Part shown: positions 53,147-64,000 of the stretch, one piece after another | Layout: each line of letters starts with the position of its first letter | Position numbering within the stretch: the first letter of the stretch is position 1 | Assembly: GCA_002269645.1 (NCBI GenBank) | Contig: NIVC01000621.1 | Span: forward strand, 62,001 to 126,000 | Length of the DNA stretch: 64,000 nt | Source: Macrostomum lignano | Taxonomy: Eukaryota | Direction of reading: 5' to 3' | Position numbers and translations under genes: made by a program | Notes under the pieces: generated by a model | Told to the model about the DNA's origin: nothing | The model's input: the letters and a program-made list of their open reading frames with translations, nothing else | The model's database searches: none

Positions 53147-56100
53147 CTCGCTGGGGTGGCTGTCTGCCAACATCCAGAATTTTTATTATACCCCCCCTTA
53201 ATTGGTTACGCAAGTTAAATAGAGTAATTATCTGGGCAGTGGGGCAAAGTGAGTTTTCTTATCAGTTAGCTCTGGCGCAATCATTAAAATTGGCTGTGAA
53301 GTTTCTCGCTGCGCGCAGGCTGATAAAAAATACACTAAAAAGGCCATTTAAAACAGTTTTTCGAATATTTAATCCCCTTAGCATTGAGCTAGAGCTTAAT
53401 AAAATTACATGTACCGTCCCGGGCACATTGGACATCTTTTGGCGAAGAAATGGCGAAAATCGGTTGAGCCTTTCGGTAGATAATCGATTGCATACAAGCA
53501 AGCAAGCAAGATTTTCATTTTTAGTATATTAGACTAGCAATCTTCGCCCCCCGATGGGGGACATCTGGATAGAATCTCTGTTTTCTACAAGTAACAAAAA
53601 GACAGCCAAAAATCCTTCAAAAAGACAACAGACAAACTGCTCAAATGAAGTGCATTGCAAAAAGAAATCATCCCAAGACAGCAAGCATCCCCCAGATAGC
53701 AAGCATCCCCAAGATAGCAAGCATCCCCCAGATAGCAAGCATCCCCCAGATAGCAAGCATCCCCCAGATTGCAAGCATCCCCCAGATTGCAAGCATCCCC
53801 CAGATAGCAAGCATCCCCCAGATAGCAAGCATCCCCCAGATAGCAAGCATCCCCCAGATAGCAAGCATCCCCCAGATAGCAAGCATCCCCGAGATAGCAA
53901 GCATCCCTCAGATAGCAAGCATCCCCCAGATAGCAAGCATCCCCCAGATAGCAAGCATCCCCCAGATAGCAGTCCAGTCTGTTCGCATCTAGGCTATCTT
54001 TTTTCAATTGGAGCACATGAATTGTGGCCCTTATAATTCAATTCTTACAGCAAGTCGGTTAGAGTAAAAATTTATGACATAATCAATTTCTCAGTCAGCC
54101 AGTATCAGTCTTAATTTAAGTTAGCAATATTGTTACGCGATTTTAATCAAGTCTTGTGTGCGTTTCTGTGGCACTGTTTTCACCTTGTTGTGATGCAATC
54201 TTTATCAGAATTGAAATTCAGCCAGTCAGTTTTTTCTCTAGAATTCTTACAATGCATTTCAAGTCGAAAATTTTCTTGACCTTTGCAAAAATGCATGTTT
54301 TTCGAATATTTAATCCCTTTAACATTGAGCAATTTCTTAGCCAAGATGCATGTACCGTCCCAAGAAAATTTCTCATTGAATGGTGCAAGTTTGAAGAAAA
54401 TCGGTTGAGCCAATTTTTCTGAAATCTATCGCATACCCACATACCCACAGACAACTCATTTTTAGTATATAGGACTAGCCATTTAGCCCCCCCTCCGGGT
54501 GGCTTCTTAGCAGTTTAGCGCTTGTCTATAAGCAGTTTTTCACAGTCGCTGAGCAAATCTCATTAATCTCGGAGCAGTTCTGCAGTAGCAAATCTCTAAG
54601 CAGTTGTACACCAATTTTACTGACTAAAAAGTTCTAAAAATTTACATTTCTTAATTTTTGAAACTTTTCAATGTCAATTAATTTATAGTTCTTTTTATGA
54701 TTATTCGTTATTTTCAAATCCTCACCAGATTAGCACTATTCTCCCACATTAGCCCTACACCCTTCAGATTAGCCCCACTTCCCCCAGATTAGCACTGCGC
54801 CCAGATTATAGCACTCAGCCCAGATTAGCACCACTCCGCAAAAATTCGCACCGCTACTTCCTCCAGATTAGCCCCTATCCTCCTGATTAGCCCCCCACTC
54901 CGTTATATTAGCTCCACTCCCTTAGATTAGCACCACTCCCCTAGATTAGCACCCCTCCCAGATTAGCACTACTCCCAAACTGCTAAAAGGGGACTACTAT
55001 TATCGCCTCAGAAGTTTCAAGTTAACCCTCCCCAGAAATCGGCTGTTATCCCCACAACTACCTGAAATTATCCCCTCTAATTCCGCAAAACAGACTGTAG
55101 TCATACAACTCATTTGCACTCTACAACTTTTATTATTATTTAATCATCTCTCAGGGACCCAGAATTGTCCCCTCAGCAAGCTACAATTATTCACAGTTAG
55201 ATATCCTCATCAGAAGTCTGCCATTATTCTTCTAGCAGTCTGCAGCTATCCCCTAGGCAGTTTGCAGCTTATACGCTCATAAGTCTCGAGAAACTAACTA
55301 ACGTCAGTAGTTTGCAGTTTGTCCCCTTTGCAGTCTGCAATGAACCCTTCAACAATCTGCCATTCCCCTCAGCAGTCTGCAGTCAATTCATTTGCAGTCA
55401 GCAAGTGTTTCTTTAATAATTCTCATTTATCCCCTCAGCAGTCTGCAGTTCTCTCAGCTGGCCTCTCAGTATTCTCAGCAAACTGCAATGATCTTTTCAA
55501 TGATTTAAAAATTTGCTCAGCATTTACGACGGCGCACTAATCAATTTTCGATACATATTAGCAGTCTTGCGCAACTCAGCATTTAGCAATACCTCAGCAG
55601 TTTAGCAGCATCGTCTACTGCAATGATCCTTTTAACAATGTAGAAATTAGCTCAGCATTTTATGGCTCACTAATCGATTTTCGATACATCGGCAATCTTT
55701 TGCACTACTCAGCATTTAGCAATACCTCAGCAGTTTAGCAGCATTGTCTGCAGTTAAGTAATTTAATCCCCTGTAGTTTAGTAATATCTACTTCTATAAA
55801 CCTAGATAATAACAATTAATGGGATCTTAGGATTTTACAAATTAAATCAAATTTGCTTAGTGGCTTGTGCGAGTAGCAAAAATAAATAATTGTAATAATT
55901 AAAAAAATTTAATTACAATTAATTAAAAAATTTTCGAAATAGTCGAGGCAGAAGCTACTAATTAATGAATTTATTTAATTTTAATTAGCCGCTGGGGAGG
56001 CGGACTCGAACCTTGGACCTTATTGGCTTGCCTAAACCTAGTCCTAGTGCCTACACTGCGGCTATTCCGCCTACTGATCGGACGGCGCAAAAATCAGCCA

Positions 56101-56954
56101 TATATGCTTCGGCACTGCAGTCAAATACATAGCAGTGATAGGCTGCTCAGTGTGCACAGGTTGTATGCAGGCAGAGCCGATGCACAGCTGAGTGAAATCT
56201 ATAAATAGTAATTGTCTATCTAGTCCGCCAGTCAGCCAGGGTCAGAATGTACACACGCAGCCACTGAGCATTATTTTCCTCTCCCTTATTGCAGCCAGTA
56301 TTGAGGCGTACACAGTGAACAGAGAAAAGTTGTGGCGCAATCTTAATTGGAATTGAAATTCAGTTAGTGAGATTTTGACCTTTTTAGCTTTCCATTGAAA
56401 GCATTGGGAAAACTCGTTTTTCGAATATTTAACCATCTTCCCATTCGATTTTTTCAATGCAATTACATCCACACAATCTCACAAGAATTTGCAATTGAAT
56501 AAAGCAAGTTTGAAAAAAATCGGTTCAGGCATTCAGGCTGTGGACTGGAATACCGGTCAGACAGATGGATCTTAGAGATTTAGTATATTGTGACTAGCTG
56601 GGGTAGGCTGTCTGCCAGCATCCAGAATTTTTATTATAACCCCCCCCTTAATTGGTTACGCAAGTTAAATAGAGTAATTATCTGGGCAGTGGGGCCCAGT
56701 GAGTTTTCTTATCAGTTGGCTCTGGCGCAATCAATTAAATTGGCAGTGAAGTTTCTCGCTGATAAAATTTGCATTGAAAAAACCTATTTAAAACAGTTTT
56801 TCGAATATTTAATCCTAATTCGAACATGTACAGTCCCGGGCACATTTGACATCTTTTGGCGAAGAAACGGAGAAAATCGGTTGAGCCTTTCGGGAGATAA
56901 TCGATTGCATACAAGCAAGCAAGCAAGCAATTTTTTCATTTTTAGTATATTTGA
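53147..56954 (-). mobile_element. Four non-autonomous Helitrons head-to-tail (53147-53533, 53534-54474, 54475-56593, 56594-56954)
   Basis: Each unit runs from TC..ATATACTA to CTAG on the minus strand (the first ends in the variant CGAG). The first and fourth units are sister copies with (CAAG)n and AAATCGGTTGAGCC. Confidence 0.8.
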
Positions 56955-58617
56955 CTAGCCAATTCCAACCCCCGTTGGGGCTTTCCGTCCAAACTCCAAC
57001 CACAGTTTTCCCCATCCATAAAATCCCTGATGCAAAGAATCTCACATGCAAAGAATCTCACATGCAAAGAATCCCCCATCCAAAGAACCCTTCATCGAAA
57101 GAATCCCGATCCGGAGAATTCCCCATCCAATGAATCCCATATCCAAGGAATCCCGCATACACAGAAGCTTCATTTCAAAGAATCTCAATCCAAAAAATTC
57201 CTCATCCAGAGAATCCCCATCCAAAGAATCCCCCAATCCATCCCTATCCAAAGAATCCCCCATTCATCCCTATCCAAAAATCCCCCAATCCCTCATTCCA
57301 TCCATATCCAAAGAGAATCCCTCCTCCAAAAATAATCCCCATCCAAATAATCCAAAGATTCTCCCATCCAAATAATCCCCCATCAAAAAATAATTGACCC
57401 CCGTCCAAACCCCCGTCCAAATAATTCCAATCCAAAGAATCCAAAGCATTCCCCACCAGCAGCATTGCCCCATGAACAGCATTCCCATATCAATAGTATT
57501 CCCCCATCAACGCAACTCTCTGTTAGCAATGTGTAGTTAAGCAATAGATCAGTCAGTATAAAGTATCTTAGTTTAGAAACTCTGTGAGTCAATAATTTCC
57601 AACTTATTTAAAGACTCTCCTACTCAGCCCAAAGGCTTTCCACTTTGTCTTGATAAATAGGACAGTTACATTGAATCGATACTGCACTCGTAAAATAAGT
57701 GGTGCTATTGAAATGAGAAAGACGGAAGACATAATTCAGGACTTTCCACTTCAGTTTAACTCTTTTCATGGCTTCAGTGCGAATGTAACGTGCACTTTAC
57801 TATATTATAAATTTAGCCATAGTGGAAAGTCCCGCCACGAGCTGGAGTCTCGTAGAATACTTGTACATCAATACATAAACTAAATGCGTATAAAGTACTC
57901 ATAGTAGCAGGTAAAATACAGTCTCCAGAGTAAAAATAAGTATGAATAAGCTAGTTAGTATTCTACAGAATCAGATATTGATGAAAGAATTGCCTGATTT
58001 TTTTCGCGGAATATAGCACTATAGTAGGCTTTTTCTTCATATATTGCTGGTGCACATTTACTGCGATGGGAGGTGAAAAGCTGTGATGGTGGGCACCAGC
58101 ATTATTGAAACTAATTGAAATTAATAACTGCTCAATAACTGCGGTTGTACTGGTATTAAGCATCTTGGGGATTTAATAAAGGTATTGCCTTAAATATAAG
58201 CTATTTAAAAATAAGTTTATACTTTATGAATATGGAATAGCTTACAAATTCCCTGCATACTATACAGATTTACGGTAAGAGTATAATAGTAGCATACATA
58301 TCAAAGGCTGTAAGTAAATCATGATACATATCGTAACAGTGAAACGAAAAACTGATTTTGAGGTTGTGAAATTTAAGGTTGTGAAATCGACAGAACAGAA
58401 ACCGTTGTTCAAAACCAGTTCACAAATTGAAATTGACTTTTTTCTGGCCTTCTGTCAGCTTTGTGCTAGCACGTGATGGCTAAATTCTTTTGCTTTAGGC
58501 GTGTAAATCCTCTATGCTTAATTTATTGTCTAAACTTTGAGTTTTTCATTTCACTATAAGACTTTAATTTAATAATAGAACTAAAAGGACATACTTATAA
58601 GTCATGCATAATCAGCG

Positions 58618-60680
58618 CTAATCTCGTGTGAGAATCTCTGGATAAACGACGTTCTTTGTCGTGGTTCCCGGCATCCTGACTCGGATATTCGCTGCATTCT
58701 TGGCTCGAGACAGAGCAGTGTAGAGCTGTCCGTGAGCAAAGCATCCCACAGTCAGGTCAATGCCGACAGTCTCCAAGCTCTGCCCCTGGGACTTGTGGAT
58801 AGTCAGGCAAAAGCTTGGCTTCACCGGAAACTGCAGCCGTTTGAATGCTACGGGCAGGTCCGCGTTGTTCGGCACCAGAGGGATCCGCGGCAGCAGGATC
58901 TCATCGCCGGTGAACTGGCCGGCAGCCACTTTGCAGCGCAGCACGTTCTCGCCCAGCGCTAGGATAATGAGTCGGGTGCCGTTGCAAAGCCGCGGTGGGT
59001 TGAGGTTGCGCAGGAGCACAATTGGCATGCCAACTTTGAGTCTCAGCAGGTGCGTTGGAAAATTTGGCGCATCGAGCTGGTTCAGCAACTCTGGCGGGAA
59101 GTGAGTTGCCGAATCCTCGTCTGCAACGCTGTCGACTGATCGGTACTCGCGCTGTGTCCCAGGGAACATGGCCAGGCAGTGCTCATTGATGGCATTGACG
59201 GAGTCATTGTAGGGTGCCAGGATGGCTCTATTTGCAAATTAGACCTCTCTCTCCGCCGAGGCCTCAAATGACGGATAAACGAATTTGATAAGGTCCGTCA
59301 GGCTGGCCTCTGCTGGCAACAAGATCTCGGAAGGCAGCGAAATGTTTCCCTCCAAATCTTCTGGGACCAAACCAGAACCGATCTGTGAACGAAAAACGGA
59401 TGAAAGAGAAAGCAAAATTACGTTTCCAACATAAAGACTTGATAAGTATAATCATAAATAACAGTTGGTTTTAGATATCAAAAATCACTGGTTACGTAAT
59501 ATATTATTAGAAAAGCCAGGTAGAAAATAAACAACCTACAGCAATCAAAAGTACGGTATAAAAAGTACAGTGTACATCCCACCTGAATCAGAAGTCTCGA
59601 GTAGCGCTCATACAGTGCCACATCGGAACTCCTCAGCAGCCGTATGTTGGTCCTCAGGCGATGCCGCTGAAACAATGGCCAAAACTTGGATCGGCTGACG
59701 CACGCAAACACGTTGTTGGCTCGCGTTCCGCTTTTCACGACAGGCAGCAGTTGTCGAAAGTCTCCGGAGCACACAATCACAGCTCCACCGAAAGGGCGAT
59801 CTTGCCTTCGTACGTCTCGCAGACTTCGTTCGACAGTCTCCAGGTCCTTCCGGTTGGCCATTGAAATCTCATCCCAGACGATGAGCCGAACCGTCCGCAA
59901 CACCGCTGCTTGCTTTGACTGCGAGCTAATCGAGCAGACGTCCTTCTCCGAGCGAACGAGTCGAACTGGGATCTTGAAACTGGAGAGAATGAAATTGTGC
60001 ACAGGCCATCAGAATTTTTTCTTGAATGTAAGCAATCAATTTTCTGAGATTGTTTCGGCAGATTGTGAAGCTGAAAAAAATTACATACAACTTTTATATT
60101 TCTTTCTTTGAATTAATTTTAAAGAAAAATCAAAACCTCGAATCATGCCGTTATATAGATAGATTGCATGTACTATGCACCAATACATGCAGAAAGTTAA
60201 ATGTAGCAAAATAAAAAACCATGAAGTTTAAAACTCATGTGGAATGCGCCGTCTGTCCACCTGGTAGCAAAGTGGCTGCAATGCCAGATGACGCTACGGC
60301 CAGGGCGACTTCTCCGCGGCTTCTTACAAACGCCAGCAAAACCTCTAGCAAATAGGTCTTCCCTGACCCAGCTGGAGCGTCCAGAAAATGCAGACCGCCA
60401 GAGCCGGCAATCAGATCGGCAGTCACTGCCTCGTACACGGCCCTCTGTTCGTCGGTCAGCGTTGGCAGGCGCGTCCTCGCTATCTCAGCCTGCTCGTCCG
60501 TGTCGAACTGCATCGGGCCTACTTGAGGCATGGCAGAGGCGGCCGGCAGCCCGTACTCTCGCAAGCTGCGACCGCCCATAGAGGTCAGCAGGCTTTGCAG
60601 CTCGCGCAACGTCATGTCGGTGACCTCTTCTGTACTTAGATCACGGTTGTGGTAGCGTAGATCTTCGCCAAGCGATGTCT
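58618..60680 (-). pseudogene. Helitron PIF1-like helicase exons
   Basis: DAPAGSGKT, VWDEISM, SGDFRQLLPV, LRNLNPPRLCNGTRL, TIHKSQGQSL; an in-frame TAA near 59239. Confidence 0.93.
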
Positions 60681-62070
60681 GAGCTCCGACACGAGGGCCT
60701 TCTTCTTAAGCTCGAAGACACGAGTAACGATGTCAGGACGATCCTCTGGCCGCTGTCCTGGCAACAGTTCAGCGGTGATCTCTGGCCACTTCGGATTGCA
60801 AGTCGCCGTCACGAACAGATCCGGCTTGCCGAATTTCTGAACGTAAGTCATGGCGTCCTGGAGCCGCTCCATCAGATATCGCGGTCCGCCCACGAAGCTT
60901 GAGGAGAGAAACACGGGCGCCTGCTTTCCAATTTCCTTCGGCTCCTTGCCAGTGTGCAGTCCATCAGCTGCAAACAGGGCATCACGCAACCCACTGTAGG
61001 TCTCGCTGCGAAGGTCGTCCTGATGAGTACGCAAATAAAGAAGCCTCTCCGACTCGATCTTGGCCGCCTGATCCACCAGGTACTGCTGAAACAGCCGCCG
61101 GCCGTGGTGCAGCACGTTGAACTGGTCGGCTCGCACCATGATCTCGCTGGCGTAATACTTCATGGGAGTCAGTTTGCGGCCATTGGTCATGCGAAGCTCG
61201 GGATGCCAGCCGCTCTCTCCGTTCGGAAACAGAAGGACGTACTCTAGCGGATCGTATGATCTGTGTGTCTCAGAAATGCGCTTGGTGTCACCTCCTCGCA
61301 GTTGGATGACGACTTCACGACTGTTCGGTGCTTCCTCAGCATCCCCGACAATTAGGATTCCGACCTCGTTTGCCGTGGGCAGATTGTACCGCCTTATTGT
61401 GGACAGATGGGGTTTCAATCAAATTTATTATACTATATTAGAAGATTCTACTAAAATATCCATGTTTGAAAAATGCAGCTTACCGAATGTGTTCACCAGC
61501 CGGGCGTCGATTTGGGTAAATCACAATCCGCGCATCGCACAGCTGAGGATCTTCGCTGATTCGCTGCGCTGCAGCCCGCAGACTCCGCACATAGGAATTG
61601 CACTCGTAAAGCAATCCTTGCAGCAACTGCAGCAGCTCAGGCTTCACTCTTTGGCTGAGGCTAAGGCGGCTTTCGAGCTCGCGGTCCATAAAGTACACCT
61701 GCCAGCCCCTAGGCGCATTCGGAGCATCAGCTAGCAGCGGCGCAGTGTTGTGGTACAACTTTCCGCTGATCACAAAGCTCGGGTTCCAACCACCAGGCGT
61801 GGGTCGCAGATCAGCACCGAATGACGTCAGGTGCAGAACCGAGTTATAGCTCCTGATGTTGGCCAGGAACTCCTTGCTCTTCTCATGCCTTCCGGTGTAC
61901 AGGTCAGCCAACACTGGCGGAACAGTCCGGACAGGCAATTTCACTTTGCCCTTGGCGCAGCAAAACTCGGCTTCCTTGTCCCAGCGCAATGCGCCGCAGA
62001 ACTTGCACACAGAATTCATGCGGCCACACTGATGGGTCGGCACTTCTGGTCTTGGCTGGTCGGAGTTCCT
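60636..62070 (-). pseudogene. Helitron Rep N-terminal region and zinc-finger-like region; HUH core missing
   Basis: CKFCGALRW..FCC, NIRSYNS, SYDPLEYVLLFP, FQQYLVD, GKPDLFVTATCNPKWPEI, RPDIVTRVFELK. Confidence 0.88.
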
Positions 62071-62407
62071 GCAATAAATTTTCGGCAGAGTGTCAGTTAA
62101 TTTTATTAACATTATTTTTCTAGTCACTGAAAGTGTCTCTTTAGAGTAAGTTAAAGTTAAGAATTATATGAGACTACGCATAGAAAAAATAGCGGACGAA
62201 ATTGAGTAAAAAAATCAAGTTAGCCGCTGGGAGGTTTAAGCACCTGATTATGTGAGAATGATTTTCTATGTAAAAACTGTTATAAAAACCTCAATAAGCA
62301 TGCCTGCTTAAGTATCATTTGTGGCTCACTTTTCTGATCCCTGTCCTTTAGTGGGATTACTATAAAGAGTAAAAACTTGTTTAGCATGATCGCCGCCCTT
62401 CAGACAT

Positions 62408-62970
62408 TACCTTTGCTGAGCTTCCGCTTCGTTTCCAGCTTGAGTCTCCGCACGAGCGCCAGGAGCAGAAGTAGCAGCAGCTGAGCCAGCAGGTCTCTTG
62501 CGCCAGTTGACTCTGGTCCTTGCAGCAGGTGCTCTACTTGCAGCAGGAGCGGGAAACTCCCGGTCCTCCATAGGCTCTATTCCCTGCAAAGGATCTCGGA
62601 GTCTCAGAGATTCATAGTGCTCATTGCTCAGAACCAGGCGCGCAACAGCCAGAGGAGGCTGCGCGAAGGACATAAAGTGCTGCAGCACACTTCCATTGCG
62701 CTGGTAAATAACCAGGTCAACCGGAAAGCAGCGACTTAAAAGGGGCACGATTTCATCAGGCACATAAGTTCCCTCTGTAAATGAAGCTTCGATTATGGCA
62801 TCCGCATTCTCTGGGAAAACAAAGCCTTCGACAATCAACTGTGGCACCAGCTCTGCCGCGCGGCTTGACAAATTGTGCCTCAATGAAGCAGCATCGGTTT
62901 CAAGTGCGGTGCCTCGCAACTGATCACAAACAGCGTGAAAAAAAACAATTTCCATCACCGGCTATGGGAA
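62408..62970 (-). pseudogene. OTU-like cysteine protease exon carried by the Helitron
   Basis: IAGDGNC (+1 shift in a T8 run) FFHAVCDQL ... GTYVPDEIV ... LVLSNEHYESL. Confidence 0.78.
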
Positions 62971-63309
62971 CTATGCTCAATTGATTAAAAGATACCTGAG
63001 CCGCTGCTGCTGGTTCACTATTTTCCTGTCTAAAATTGAGAGGGAAAATGGTCAGTCAAATAAAAAATTGTGACTGAAGATATGTAAGGGGCTGAAGTGA
63101 TAAAGGTAAATTATATTTTGCAGGTCTTACTTAAGTATTCTTAATGAAATCTGCTTAAACTAAATGCAAAATGCAAAAATTCAAGGTAATACAGAACGAT
63201 GCAATCATCAGCTATACAAAAAGAAAAAAAGAGACCAGAGAAAAACGGTGCAGTTTAAATCAACAAAAGCAGAAGAGTAACCGTTATAGGTATAGATCAG
63301 CAGACTTAC

Positions 63310-63699
63310 CTCGAAGCCCAAATGCTCCGGCGAGACGATCCAAACGCTCGTATCCTGTTTCGGAAGCACGGCGGTCAGCTTCTCGCTGCCGCATGTCTTC
63401 CAGGCGGGCAGCTCTCTCGGTGTCAGTCTCGCAGGCTCGGTTGGCAGCAATCCTCTGCCGCAGCTCTTCGAGCCGAGCAGCTCTCTCAGCGTCAGTCTCG
63501 CAAGCCCGGCGCTCTGCGTCCCGCTGTCGCAGCTCCTCGAGCCGAGCAGCTCTCTGGGCGTCAGTCTCACGGGCTCGGCGCTCTGAGTCCCGCTGCCGTC
63601 GTGTTTCCAAACGAGCTTCGCGCTCAGCGCTAGATTCTTCACGTCGCCTTTTTTTGCCTCACGGCTTTTCTTTAAATGACTTGCTCCACGGCGACCCAT
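63310..63699 (-). pseudogene. Helitron N-terminal charged coiled-coil repeats (ETDAERAARL)
   Basis: The ATG at 63699 joins the repeat frame only if an A7 run is A8; GTAAGT donor at 63309. Confidence 0.7.
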
Positions 63700-64000
63700 A
63701 GCTATTATTGATACTTAGTAAGTACGGATAGAAATATACGAAATACGGTAAAAAGAATACGGAATAAAAGTTTAATCTAGTTTTAATAGTAGTTGCTACT
63801 TTTTACAAATATAATTATACAACTGCCGTACTAAAGTATGAATGAATAATTACAAATATAATTATACAACTGCGGTACTAAAGTATGAAATGAATAGTTT
63901 AATGTAAAAAAGTAAATAATAGATGGCGATTCAGTAGATAATTAGTATCAGATACCAGAAGATATCTCAGTTATGGATCAAATGGTGTAGGCAGAAACTG

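Larger units (their letters stand above)
56955..64000 (-). mobile_element. RepHel-encoding Helitron, defective; 5' end at or beyond the window edge
   Basis: 3' CTAG at 56955 with the hairpin CCCCAACGGGGG; RepHel exons upstream. Confidence 0.85.

Noticed and set aside
57030-57500. ORFs in the GAATCCCCATCCA-rich tract
   Set aside because: Degenerate tandem repeat in the Helitron 3' region.

Overview
AT-rich invertebrate animal genomic DNA with short GT-AG introns. There are no prokaryotic features. 1-4.9 kb is a decayed, apparently 5'-complete LOA/Lian-like LINE, and 5-8 kb is a 31-bp satellite. 8.6-43.6 kb is a tandem cluster of spliced PARP-type ADP-ribosyltransferase (ART) genes that the ORF track only partly shows. 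It has three + strand copies, one open - strand copy, one - strand pseudogene and one C-terminal relic. Manual splicing gives the architecture: Met-Gly (candidate N-myristoylation) leader exon, 0-2 spectrin-like repeats, an optional R/G/D-rich linker and C/H motif, then a tankyrase-like H-Y-E ART domain. Nearly all modules are phase-0 exons. A Rac-like GTPase fragment lies just downstream of one copy. SINEs, hAT MITEs and a solo LTR are interspersed. 44.8-64 kb is a Helitron nest: head-to-tail chains of non-autonomous elements ending in a RepHel element that carries an OTU-like domain and has lost its HUH core. All gene models and family calls come from reading the sequence by eye; no searches were run, and copy numbers are estimates.
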